This document shows, piece after piece, positions 34,578 through 47,713 of a DNA stretch of 64,000 bases. The notes under the pieces were generated by a model. That model had not been told where the DNA came from, searched no databases, and saw nothing but the letters and a program-made list of their open reading frames with translations. How positions within the stretch are numbered: the stretch's first letter is position 1; each line of letters starts with the position of its first letter. Source of the DNA: Moniliella sp. 'wahieum' (Eukaryota). A program made the position numbers and the translations under genes. Location of the stretch: assembly GCA_003971905.1 (NCBI GenBank), contig RSEE01000026.1, positions 434,001 through 498,000 of the forward strand, read 5' to 3'.

Positions 34578-36149
34578 GGCGACAAGGGCAAGAGAGGAGA
34601 GAGGAAAAGGGAGTGTGGGCAGTAGCAGGAAGGTGGGTGCGCGGTGGGGGTGGTGGGGGCGGAGGAAAAAAAGGGCGCGGGTGCTTTGGGGAGGGAAGGG
34701 GAGGGGAGGCACAGACCACGGCTATACGCCTACTCTCCTCGGCTGTATGGCCCCGACGCAAGGGGTGCGTTGGCTGTCTGCTGCGGCTGGGGAGTTCGCT
34801 GGGTGGCGGCTGTGTATGCGTGCTGCTGGGGGGCGCGGGCGGGGACAGGGGGCAGGCGCGTGCGGTGGGACTACGGTGGAATGCGCGCCGTCCGTGAGCT
34901 GGGCGGCGTGGGGGGGCAGGGACCAGCGCCGCTTCAATCATCACCTCCTTGCGCCATGGCGGTGCACGAGATATGCCCTGCGAGGGACGCCGGCTGCGGG
35001 CCTAACCACCGTGCTCGCTTGTACAGCATATACAACCACCCAACCCCGATCGCAGATCGAATCGCGCGTCTCGGTGCTCTGCGCGGGCACAGGGGCGGGC
35101 GATGCCCATATCGCAACCGCGGAGCCACTGGACCAGCCGCCACCGACCTCCGCTCCATCGCCCCAGCATCCGCCGCTCATCAAAAGGCCCTACCTCGGCA
35201 CAAGCATCCATCCTTTTTTAATCCCAGTGGTGGTGGTGGTGGTGCAGTGCGGAGGTACGCGGGGTTAATTAATGCTGAGTGCCATTTCAATTTCTTACCA
35301 ATCACACGCTACTCGTCTCTCCACCACTGATTCGTTCCATGCACCTATAATCCCTTTTTCTCGTAGCCCACTCGGGCCGTACAATTATTACTGCTCGACT
35401 GCTCGAGTACTATTTCATCGATCCCACCATCATCTCCATCAACTAGCCTTCCTGCGTCCACTTGCCAAACGGCTGTCCAAATGGGCGTGTGGCCGCGGGG
35501 TTTTGCAGCTCGTTATCCCCCTGAGAGGTTATGGCTTCCACAGACACGTCTCCATGTGAAGAGAGTAGAGCCAAGAACGTCTGGTAAACCTTCTCCTGCG
35601 ACCTCTTTTTCCGTGGATAGGAAGAACTGGGGATCCATGGGTGAGCTATGTGGGAGATAGGGGGGGCTGATAACCGATAAGGAAGGACCCAAGTGAGCTG
35701 AGACTCAGCTCTGCCCGGAACTGCGGGGACACTTGCCTTCTTACTATTACATATCTTTCTGTTCAATGACATTGTGATTAAGCAACCTCTGCTTCCCCAG
35801 TTGGGAAAGTCCAGAGTTGAATCATGGGCAAAGCTGAGTGAATGAGTTATACGAGTACTGAGTAAACTGTATCTCCTTCCCCAAGAGGGAGAGGAGCGCA
35901 AAATAAAAAGGTGAACCAAACAACGAAAATAATGCTTCAAGCACACAAGGGCGGAGCATCAGCACCGCAGAGTAAGGCAAGAGATTGGCGTTCTAGGGGA
36001 GCCCATATCACCCAGGATAAGAGAGGCATGAGAGAAACTAAAGACGAGAGACCAGCAACGTGCACAAGGAAAATTTCAAGAACCGTAACGTGAAGCGAAA
36101 GATGTGGTAAGGAGGATGAGGTGCACACATATCACTCTCCTAGTTCACT

Positions 36150-36730
36150 TCAATTCAGCGTCGGCTTCGACCTGCGTTCGTGGCGGCGGGACGGGCGGCG
36201 CGTGCTCTTGTTATCCGAGTGGGCTTGGAGAATAGTGTGCAGCATTTTGCTTCCCGTCTGGTCCGTGCCAAGCAGGACACGAAGCGAGCCAATGGAGATG
36301 CCCTGATCGAGCATATGCATGCCCAACTTGACCAGCTCGCTCACCTCGGCGTCCGTCGCGTCGGGCTTGGCGGCCACCTGGTACAGGTTGATGAACATGG
36401 GGATCTCCCCCACGGAGCGGGGCGGGCCGCCCTTGAGATTGGTGCGCTTGGCATGCGCGGCGGGCAAGTGGCCAGCGAGCAAGTCGTGAGCAAATTGTTT
36501 CCCCTCGGTGGTGGTGCCAGTCATGACTTTAAGATCGGGGGGGTGGATGGAGTGGATGAGCTGACCAAGGTGGACCAGCTCCTCTGCTCGGACACAGTGA
36601 GCGGGGCACCGTCAAAGTACTGGTGTTGCAGTTGGAGAAAGGCCGGAACAGTACCGAGTTGTTGTTCGAGCGTGCTGGCCCAGACGGCGCCTGCAGCTGC
36701 ACTGAGCGCGAGGAGGATAGAGAGACGCAT
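36150..36730 (-). CDS. Small secreted hypothetical protein (~190 aa, one frameshift)
   Basis: Signal peptide MRLSILLALSAAAGAVWA; continues into ORF 36150-36524 after a shift at the G run near 36540. Confidence 0.6.
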
Positions 36731-37476
36731 AGGATGTCGGACGCTGCGAGCACCAAAGCAAAGCGAAGGAGGTGGTGGGGAGACCTGGGCGGTGTCGAAA
36801 GCCAGCGCGACGGAATTCAAGTAACACTCCCTACTGACCACCGGCTGGCCATCGACCATCACAGTCTGCATAGCCACAGCTATAGATGCCAGGAATCGGC
36901 GCCTATACATGCGGGCCTGCGGATCATCGAGATCGACATGGGACAAGCAAGGTCTGTGCCCCATGCATCATTGCATCATCCATCGTACCTCCCGCCCCCC
37001 ACCAGCCACCGGCCACCGCTCCCCTCTCCAGGCGGAGGCAGGTGCTTGACGCTGGAGCACAGCTCTGCGGCCGCAGGCTCAGTCTCCAGCCTCTGGGCCA
37101 TCCTCTGGCCACAGCACGAGGTCTGTCTCGCCTGCGCACTGCCCCACTCTGCCGCCCCACCGGCCCCACCGGGCCCCACGTGCAGATCATCATGCATCAT
37201 GCATCGTGCACCATGCATCGCATTTCATGCCACCCCCACCAGCACAAGCACAAGCACACCACCCAACCCAACGCCCAACACGCTTCCCCCCACTTGGTCA
37301 GCTTGGTCCGCGTGCCAGACGTTCAGTCTGCGACGCACGCTTTCGCTATCCTCTGTACTGGCAGCCAGCCCTTGCCGTCAGCAGAAGTGCATCATCCGAT
37401 GCTCCGTACCCCCCTGCCTATACGACCGACTCCAACACCCATATGATACCGGCTGTTGTTACTCCATGAATGCAAA

Positions 37477-39323
37477 TCATGTTTCCCTCTGTTCACACCG
37501 TCTCCATCTCGGCCGTCGGCGGAAGCAAAAGTCCACCCCATACGCCTTCTCCAGCAGACTTAGCATTTCGCCTCGCTTGGAGCTGAGCGCAGCATTGATT
37601 TCGATCAAGTGCCGCATATGCTCCACCGCTGTGCACCACAATGAACGAGTCAGCACGGAGTACGGGGCGAACCTTCCTCGGGCTCACAATAGCTGCCGAG
37701 TAAGGGGCAAAGGGGAGGGGGAGGATGCGTACTTTGGTGGAGATAGTGACTTTCCATCGAGATGCCTACCTTGATAGTATCGCGCGTATAGTGCTGGAGA
37801 GAAGGGACGAGCGCAGCCAAGTCCTGGTACCCCGCGAATGTTAGTTCGGCGCTTATGCTCCGAAGCAAGGTGATTCTTCTTCTTCTCAGCCTTACTCAAC
37901 CGGTTCGCACCTACGTCCGGTCCGCCATCGGCCTTCCGAAGCGACGCAGTCAACTTGGGCCGTAACCGGTTAATGTAGAGGGCAACCAAGTCGGGCCGGG
38001 CACCCGACAAGACCTCCCGCCGCACCTTGTCAAGGTGCGGTTGTAGCCCCGCTTTGCTGGGTGACGGAGGATCGTACGGCCCACGTCGGACATTCACGTT
38101 GTGGCATGTACGAATGGTATCTCCCACTTTGGTAGGTATCCGTCCGCACGCCATGGCCTGCCCCAGCTTACTCCAGTCCACTTCCGCGCACTCGACCTCA
38201 CAGGCGCCACCCAGTCGCTCGAGCCAAACCAAAAGTCTTCCGGATCCGGCTCGGGAGGCTTCCCACTCCCCTCCCCTTTCTCCCGTTCAGTTAGGGTGGC
38301 AGCAGGCTGAGGCTCCAAGCAACCAGGGGAAGGCGAAAGGGAAGACGCAGGACCGGTAGCCTGAACAGGCATAGGCACAGACGCAGACGCTGACGCAGAT
38401 GCAGGGGGGACAAGATCGTGCATGGCCACGTCGTGCATCGCCAGGTCGCGCTTGCGTTTCGGTCGGTCCCAATCCTCTGTGGTAGGGGAGGTACCGGACC
38501 AGATCTCTGGCTGCTCTGTCACCATGAGCAAGCTCGGATCGGCCGTGGTAGGGACCAGGGGGGCGTTCTGGCAGGCCATGTCGGCCAGCTGCGCATACAG
38601 TTCCCACGACGGATGTGAAGCCAACATCCGCGCCGCTTCAGCTGCCTTCAATGCGGCTGCAACGTCGACGGACGTTGTCCGGGGTTGGGGCACTGGGTCT
38701 GCTGGGTCTGCTGGGTCCGCTGGGCCACTGGCAAGTGACGGGAAAATGTCCACTTGGACCGAGTCGCGATCTGAGGGACTGGGCGAACTGTCGGCTTCAG
38801 AGCTCGCTCGGAGCGAGGGGGTGGCGGAGTGAACTCCGGCCCGACCGCGGTGGGAAGAACGCCGAGGCGCGTCAGGAGGCAGGTGGGCATGCAACTGGTC
38901 CATGATGGCTTGGGTGGGTGAAAAGGGAGGCAGACTAGGGGGAGAGGTAGGACGGGGTAGACAGAGGCCATTCCCGAGCTATAGGCAGCGTAGCTGTCAA
39001 CGTTGAATTCCGACGACAGACGGCGCAAGCGCTGCCTTCGATCTGCGTTGGGGGCTGTAGGTTTTGCCATGGGCAACGCTGGTGGGATGGGTGTTGTGGC
39101 GGTGGTGGGAGGGGGAGATGGAGTGGAGGGTAAGGGAGGAAGAGGCTGGCGTACGCTGTGGTTTCGAGGCGGGTGTACTACCCAGCGCAGCAGCCGGCTC
39201 TAAGGATACGGGCGAGGAGTGGCTCATGGCGCGAAACATGGCCACGGCACCAAAATTATTGCAAGGCCCCGAGAGCGAGCGGTGAAAGGGCTGATAGGAG
39301 CGGGGGCCATATCCGATGCTCAT
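37477..39323 (-). CDS. bHLH(-ZIP) transcription factor
   Basis: Basic/helix 1 LSKAEKKKNHLASEHKRRTNIR..GYQDLAALVPSL. After an intron ending ..GCTGAC..CACAG (~37629), helix 2/zipper VEHMRHLIEINAALSSKRGEMLSLLE. Start inferred. Confidence 0.75.
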
Positions 39324-42309
39324 GCTATCGGATGTTGGGGGTCTTGGCAGGCGTCGGGGCGGGACGAGGCGCCGTGGCGGTGCTTGGAACGGCCATGGTG
39401 GTGCAGAAAGCAGGAGCAGTTGGCAGGTAGGAGGAGAGGAGGTGGTGGAGGGGGAACAGGAGGCGGAGTACTGTCGATCAAGTGGCAAGGAAGGGGGCGC
39501 GCCAGAGCAGGTGGCACATAAGCCAAAGTGTCTGAGTTGAACGCAACGTCGAGGCTGTAGTGACTAGTGACTACCACGACTCGCCGCGTGAGACTGCTGC
39601 ATTTCGGCCGGGTGCCTGTGTGCGTCTATGCCCGACGGCGGGCCAAGCGGGTGTAGACTTAGTACTTAGAACGCAAGCGCTGACACTTAAAGCCCCGTAA
39701 GTAACCACGACGTAATGCGAGAGCAGTCCTGCCTGCTCTGTTCTGGCTACTTGCAGGCCCCAGATCTGACATCCGGATCTGACTGCTGCTGGGCGCAGCT
39801 AACCCACCCAGCTCGCACACTGCTAGAGTGCCAGCCTGCCATCCGCGGCGACTAGCACCTGGGCTCTGGCCGACACTCCCGGGGGCTCTTGCATGCTCCG
39901 CGCTTGCCCCGCACAGGACACGGTCCTTGCGCCATACTGCCCGTCGGCATCAATCATCAATCGTGTGCATTATACTTGGACCGATCCAGAGGGCCTGGAC
40001 CCCTCAGCGCCGCAGCACCAGTCAAGCTCAGCGCCAATAATAATCAGCGCTCAGCACCTCAGGTGGTCGCCGACCTGCCTTGCAACTAGTAGCTTGGAGC
40101 GTGTGCTTCACACGAAGCCCGAGGGCGCGAGGCTTGAGGCTTGCCTGTCCCCGCAATCGCACACGACACATGGGCGGGAATAGGCGCCAATGCAGTGGGC
40201 CAGGCACAGCGTGCGTCTGCTGCCTGGCCAGGACCCAGTGCCTCGCCCTCCCCACACTCCCCTTGCCTTCGGCCCTCGGCGTTCGGGCCTCTGTTGCTGC
40301 GCCCACGGCTAGTGGCTACTGCCACCACCGGCCACCATCGCCGCGCCACCCAGCGCAGACGTCGGGCATTTTATTAGCGCTTGGCGCTAGCCCTACTAGC
40401 TACTTGTGCGTAGCGCTTAGCCTAAGCTCGCTTTGTCGCATGCCACATGTCACCTGCGCCTTGTGCACTTTGTCCGCTTTGCCCCGCACGCCCCCCCTCG
40501 GTCTCTGGTCCAGTGCGTCCCGCGCTCCCCGCCAGTTCCCCGCCCCCTGTGCTGAGCGGCTCAGCCTGAGCGCTGCGCCACCGCCCTCCTCTGCCCCGCT
40601 CTCGGCCATCTCCTCGGCTACGAACCAAGCACCAAGTACCGCCCAACCCTACCCACAACCAGCTTTCACATTCAGAGCGTACGTTTTTCCTCCCGGGCGA
40701 AAGCGCAGCACTCGCTCAGGCTGACCGGTGAGGAGCGATGACGCGGACGATGAGCTGTATATACTGAGCCACTTGCAATGATTAATGACATGGACATTAC
40801 ATTAGGGTACGGATGCGAACTACACCCCCTGTCATCGACATCATCCACCACCAGTGGCCATCGATCGTCGACAGCGTCCTCTTGCACCGAAGTCTACCAC
40901 AGCCTTCCACGTATTGCCAGGCTGGACTTGGTGCTTGCTCATCGACCTCCCCTTCCCCCCGCGCCGCCTCGACCTTAGCCGTATCCGCCTCTCCGGCTCC
41001 CCCCGCCATTCGGATCGGTGCTGCCTTCCTCCATCTTCTCCGAAGCGTACCGCCCGTCTGAATTCTGAATCGGCTGGCACACGGCACATGTCACGCGTCA
41101 TCCGCGTCATCCCAGCCACCTAGCAACACACCCAAGCTCGCTCTGTCCTCCCTCGTACCGCCTGCACAACCAGCACCGCCCACAAAGCCACGGACACCCT
41201 CGCGACATGCGAACCAGCCGCTGGTCCACATCCAACACAGACAGTGTTGTATCCCGCCTGGTTGGGCTCTTGGCTAAGCTAAGTACTAAAGTACTAAGTG
41301 CCGTCCAAGCGCAGAGAAACCCCCAAGGACGCATGCCTGGCCTCCACGCGTTGGCCAAGCAGGGCGATCCGGCTGCACATGGGTGGCTCAAGGTCAAGGT
41401 TCAAGCTCGATCTTGATTTCAACGGTCCAGCTCCATCCGCCCCAAAGGGACAACGGTAGGGAAACGGAGGGAATGCGCTGTGACGCGTGACGCGTGAAGG
41501 ACAACCAACTGGAACTGAACCTTGGCGCCGCGCGATGCGCCCCACCCGCACGAGACGCTTGGCGCTTTCGTACTCTGGGGGCGCGTTTGGATCTTGGTCG
41601 TGCCCCAATCGCACTGTGCGGACTGCTGGGATTGTTGGTGCGAGTAGGTGAAGCGCCCCTACCGCAAAGAAACGCCACAGAGGAGGTCGTGGGTGTTGGT
41701 CGAGATGGACCCGGAAGGCTCGGATGCCATCGGTTGCGTTCAAAGCGAGTATAGAGGTGCGTGTTCCACCGAACATTGCGTTCGTCCAGCGTCTCGATTC
41801 TGTTACCTCGTCCAGAGTAAGCTAGTCAAGACGTCTTTTTTTGCTTTTGCCTGATGGCCAGGAGATTGGGTCGGGGGATCCGTCCCGTGTCGTGTCGAGG
41901 TGCCATTGTTCCTTTTGGACTGGATTGGAGATGCGGCATGCGTCACTGAACCTCGGCTAGGCGTTGTGTTTGCTCAGGGATACATGGCACGTGGCCCGGG
42001 ATGAGAGTGCTGGCGCACAGTTGAGGCTCGTCCCTTCGGGTACATGACTTTTTAGCAGCAAGTCGGATGGTGCTACCAGTTAATACGTTGTATATGATGG
42101 ATGCATGTCTACCACCCTCGTTCCAACACACTGAACACTGAGAGAGAGACGATTGTTGCACCCGCAGAGGAGAGGAATGAGCCACCACGCCTTTTCCATC
42201 TTCCGTGGCACATCGTGAACCGAGAACAGGGGAACGAACCAGAATGTATTGAGCTACACAAAAAAAGAATTAGGCGGGGGCGGCTGAGATTGCCCAGGTC
42301 AGACCGCAC

Positions 42310-43452
42310 TTAGCTGCTGCTGCTGCCCGACGAGCTTTTGGGGACCCACGAGACGCTGCTGGGGCACTCGCTGTCCTCGGGCGCAATCAGAATAAAGTTG
42401 TCGGGCGTGTTACTCTGGCCTTGGGTGTGGAAGGAGAGGTAGCCACCGCTGATCCCGCCCGACTCGCACTGGAACTGAATTTTTGACCAAACGCCTTCGA
42501 CGTGCTGTATCCAAAAGCAAGCAAATGAGCAACAGGGTAGAGTACGAGGGTCAGTAGTCTTGACTAAAACGGCCTCCACGGGAGGCACGAGAAAAATACC
42601 AAGCAGATAGAGATGTACGCACGCATCTTCCAAATCCGACAGTTGGAACTTCTGTGAACTGTCGGGGGTGTAGCCAGCGTCGGAAAGGGCTTGGTAAATG
42701 TTGTACTTTTGTGCAGTGCCACCACGGTCGAGAAGAAATCAATCAAGTCTTCGTGCTCAGTGTAGTTGGCATAGCAACTCGGGTTGAGCGTGCTGACAAA
42801 ACACCCGTGCTTGCTCCACTCGTGCTCCCAAAAGTCTTCGTTCGACGAATCGTCAGAGACCCAGTTGGTGTTCATGTAGTCCACCAGATCTTGTTTCCCG
42901 GCATCCGTAAGAATCGTACCAATCCCAGTGTACGTCCGGTTCGACGGACACGTTGGCGTGTCGTAACTGCCATCGCAGTTATCTAGGTCCAGCCAATCGC
43001 ACGTTAGTCTTTCATTTCCAACTGCGCGGACGGGAGGGGTGGGAAGAGTGGGTACCGTCTCCTTCCCCTTCCCCTTGACCTTCCCTCTCACGCCCCAACC
43101 CAACAGCCACTCCAAAGCGAGAGGAACAGCAACGTACCGGGCCAAAGACCGTGGATGGTAAACACGTCCGACGGACCCGTAGCAGGATCCGTGTCCCAAA
43201 ACGTAGTCAGTTCCAACAACCCACCGGGGGTGTTGACCGTGCACGGGTCCGCCCCCGATGCACACGACGAACAGGACACACACGTGTCCCGCGCTTGCAC
43301 CCCACCCTCCGAACGGTAAAACCCACGACCGTCCAGTTCAGCCAGGAGCTGGTCCCCCGCCGGTGCAGGTGAGGGGGAAGTCAGGGCCGGCGCGGAGGTG
43401 GTCACGAGTAGTGCTGCGCGAGGAGGGCAAGTGAGTGCGAAAGTGCAACCAT
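42310..43452 (-). CDS. Secreted ribonuclease T2 family
   Basis: [42 protein letters not shown]; two introns; C-terminus [10 protein letters not shown]. Confidence 0.95.
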
Positions 43453-46119
43453 GGCGGTGGGAAGATCGAGGAGAGGGAGGTAGTAGTAGGCTCGAAAAAG
43501 GGTAGAGAGATGGGGGGACACTGTGGGGGTCGGGGCGGCGATACGAACAAACGTGGGGGCTAAATATAACCTTCAGAGCCTCAGATCTATCATGAATCGA
43601 CCATAGGTTTCACGTTTCAAGCTGCAAGGGAGCTTCAAGCTTCAAGCTTCAGAGCTTCAGCCTGCTTCAGCTGAGAGACGCTCCAAGCTCCAAGCTTCAA
43701 GCTTCAAGCCCAGGTCGGATCGGTTGCCATGTGGTTGGAGCAGCCACTCGCGGAGCACTACAGAGCCCATCCCAGCGATTTCAGGGCCAATTAAAGTTTC
43801 TATCCCACACGTGGATTTGCATTGCTCCGCAGCGCCATACCATATGCTTGCTGGTGTGGCTGGGGGGCGTTTTGCGGACAATGCGGAGGGGTTGCGGGGG
43901 GGGCAGTGCCGCTGCACGCCCCTGCATTCGTACTACCAGCACCCGGCTTTGTTTTGGCACTAAGTGTGGCTGGCAGGGGAAAAAGATAGTCGATAGTAGG
44001 CGATAGTCGATAGCAGCAGAGCCATTTATCGTGATGCATGATGCATGATGATCGATGAGTGAGATAGCCGTTGAGACGTTGACGCTTATGAAGTTTGCAA
44101 TGATTTGTTGGTCTTCTGAGATCTGAGATCTGGCCAATGAAAACCTCTGGGAAGCAGTCCGTGCAGGCAGTCCGTGCAGTGCACAGCGTAGTGCGAACCA
44201 TCGCATGCAGCACAGGCGCAACCTTACGATGAATGAGATGATGATCGATGATCGATGATAAGATCCAAGATGCGATTGATTATTGTGCTGCGCCCCAACA
44301 CTTCAAGCTTCGCCCACGAGACGCTGTCTCGTAGAGAAGCTTCGCCCTCGCCCTCTTGCTCATGCACAGATCATGGGAAACCGGATCACTTCCCGTCTGT
44401 TCTTCAAGCTTCATATGCGGCCTATCTCGATCATCGGACTACACACGCATGCCGATCACTTCGGCTATGCTCTCTCTTGTAATCGAGTAAATCACGCCTC
44501 GGCAACCGCTACAAAATACGCCCCCCACCCAGCCCCCCGCACAGCTTTTGGTATAATAGAAACCCCGCGGGCCCATGCAGCAGAGCGAGAGCGCACACGG
44601 GAATCCCCCCCCATCCCCCCAGCGTCCGTGCTAGGGCTATTAGTTGGAACATCACATGTCACAGTTGCTGTCAGTGGGTCACAGCACTGGCCACTCTGAA
44701 CGTGTTGACCGTTAGCCTCAGCACTGTGATCGTCCTCTGCTCGGTCGTGAGCGTGAAGCGCACGAGGAGGCGCATATAAAAGGCAACGAATGTGCACGTG
44801 CCGTTGCGCCAACCACATAAAGAAGAGGAGATGACGAGGCTTGAACTTCTCGTGCATGTTGTGCATGTAGCTGACAAAGCGAAAGAAAGGATCTGTCCTG
44901 CTACCAGGTCGAGGTAAGAGTCTCGAACCAAGCGCCAAGCTTCAAGCTTCAAGTTGAACGTGGGACTTGGATCGTACTGTGGCATTGGTATGGGACATGG
45001 GCATCCTACCCAAGCGCCCTGAGGCCTGAGGCCTGTTGATGAGCTTGACACATTTGAAAGTGCACATGTGTGTCCTCCTCGATCCATACTATTAGGGTTG
45101 CTGGCACAATCGAGACGGTGGCTTGTTCGCGTGGCGGCGTATCGTATCGCCGCCCTGGGTCCCGAGGGCACGGGTGCAATGTGTTTAGGCTTCTAGCAGA
45201 GAGCGTATCGTTTCTCGCTTGCGTTTTGGTATGTAAAGGAGGAGGAGGATGTCTCGCAGTGGATGCCTGCCATATGGTTACCCAAACACCAGTTCTGGGG
45301 TATATTAGCCCCTGGTAGTGGCAGCCCATGACTCCGACGGTACTGTGTTAGTAAGCGCCCGTGCTCGCGGCTGTCACAGAAAGCGTGCCTGATAGTCCCC
45401 CCTCTCACAATTATTCTACACACCTGAAAGATACTCTAGGGACAGCTGTAATAATATGACGTGCGACTTCCCTCTTTCTCTCCAACCACGGGTCGAGGAG
45501 GAATACAATAAATGTGGTGCCAATATATACCGCTTCCATGTACGCACGCGTCCTAACCTGATTGATCCCTGTTCTGTTCAGATCTCGGAATCAGTGGGCA
45601 TCAGAAAAGCCTGTCGCCTTCAGCCTGCCCACCATTGCCAACACTCCTCCCTTTTCTCTCTTCCTCTCTCTTCTCTATTTTCCTCTTCTCCTGCTGTCTT
45701 TCTTCCCTGTTCTCGCCTACAGTCTTCCCTTTAGGCGTGCACTTTTGCATTGTGTCTTGTGCATGTGAGGTTCGCGAGATCCATCATGGGCGCCCATTTC
45801 GGTTGCAGTCATTCACCGGTTACCCACAGACAAGAAAAGACAATTGATTCTCGATCCCCCTTCCTCTCTTCCGGTATTCCGGAGTGACCCCCCACAGCCA
45901 CAGTCTGTACCTCATTTCTCGTATGAGTTTTCTATAGTGCGCTGTCACAAGTACATCGGTAGTACCCCCGAGACCCGATCTATGAGATTTCTGAGGGTAT
46001 GCACATGGGGATGTCGATAAGAAAAGCATAATGACATATCAACAACAGTAATAGGCCCCCACGCAAGGCCTCAATACGGATATAACGCGTGCACAATATG
46101 AATGGTGTGTGTTCAACAA

Positions 46120-47713
46120 TCAGAACGGGAGAGAATCGTTACTCTTGGCTACTGGCGTAATCATACTTGGTGGATAGTGTTGTTCAACTTGAACTCCCGA
46201 CAGAGAATCTCTTACTGCTTCCTTTTCTACGTCCTCCCCCACCACATTGGAATGAGAAGGAAGACTCGCTTCCATTGTGAAGGGGAGAGAACGCATGTCT
46301 TGACGAACGATGGGTGGAGGACAATACGATGAGAAGGCTTGCTCCGTAACGTCCCTCCTCGGGTCAACGGGGATAGCCGAAACGAGCATATTCTCAGAGT
46401 GTTGATAAACAATACTGCTTCGCACCGTCACTCCATTGCATCCATCGCGCAGCGTCCCACCCGGCTTTTTCGAGCTAGACCCCGCACTTAGGCCCTGGCT
46501 ATTGTACAACTTTCCTCCATTTAGATACGTCCCACCACGCCGGATGGTGCTCACACGGGGACACACCACCAAAGAAATGAACGCATGGAGGGGAAGGCAC
46601 CAACTCATCCGCGTGTTGTCAGGCGTCTTGCGACCCAGGACGAAATAGCAGACATGCCAATGCCCGCCAGCTCCAGAGCCCACGAGAACAACAAGCAACG
46701 CAATCCGTCCGAGATAAACTTGCTCGCCGCAGGTGATTGACCAATTTCTTCGTCGGGCCCTTGGATCCCGATCATGTGCTTGAACGCCAGTTTGACGGTG
46801 CGCGCAAGGGCTCGCAACGTGTCCCGCCAGCTGGCTTTCCAATCACTTGTTTGGTGGCCCGTGACATAGGCCAGGGCGAAAATGGAACTGATAAACTGCA
46901 GACTGTCCTCGAGAAAAAGAACGAGGTAGACACTTATCGGCATCCACTTGGGATCCCGTGCAGGGCCGCACCGAAACCCGATCCGGAAGCCTAGTGGCAT
47001 TGGCCGCGGCGTACTGTGAACACCACCCCATCCGACTGTCAGTCTGAATGTACGAGCTAAGGATAACATGCAGAGGGAGGTGGAGGAGAAAAAGAACGTA
47101 CCTGGAGATTGTAGTTGCGATCCAGGAAAATGCGAACCAGACGGAACACAAGTACAGGTTGATCGCCCACAAGACCGCCCAAAAGAATCGCCGACCTGGC
47201 ATACCGCGTGTGATGCTCATTGTGCGGAAGGTCAAAAGCGCCTGACCTAAACAGGATTGTATGCCAATGACAAAGAGGACGCGTGAAGCGCAGCATTGCA
47301 CGACTTGGGAAGGCGGTAGTAGTTGATAATCACAGCGGTGTAGGGAATGGCCATAAGGCGAGTTAAGAGATGGCAAACTAGGATCGGATGGGGCAGTTTC
47401 AACTGACGACCCTTGTGGGTTGGTCGCCTGTAACCGATTGGGAAGTATGCCCTCGCAGCCCTAAACACCTCTTGAGTTCGGGCCAAAAGATGTACCGAAT
47501 GTCATACGGGATCGCGGTGACCCAGTCAAACAGTATAGCCCCCAAGATCACCAGATTGATCCACCAACTCAGGCTGCCCACATAGACAGCATCTTCCATT
47601 TCCTTGAATACCGGTTGCAGCTCGGGAGGGAGACCTGCCCAGGGACCTTGACCCTTAATGTAAGGCCAAGATGGGTTGTCGGCCAAAATTTGGGCTAAGC
47701 CTGGAGCGCTCAT
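46120..47713 (-). CDS. Fungal multi-pass membrane protein with DUF6533-like N-terminus
   Basis: ILFDWVTAIPYDIRYIFW, HLLTR, QALLTFRTMSI, DGLRCLL; several hydrophobic helices and a disordered C-terminal tail. Confidence 0.65.

Noticed and set aside
35443..36128. AT-richer minus-strand ORFs
   Set aside because: No motif or codon bias; could be a UTR or degenerate sequence.
40790..41854. Chain of short + strand ORFs
   Set aside because: No recognisable motif, and the region contains several intergenic-type palindrome arrays; a gene cannot be supported.
44492..45423. Short minus-strand ORFs with hydrophobic patches
   Set aside because: No family motif or consistent frame, and interrupted by TNA-palindrome arrays.
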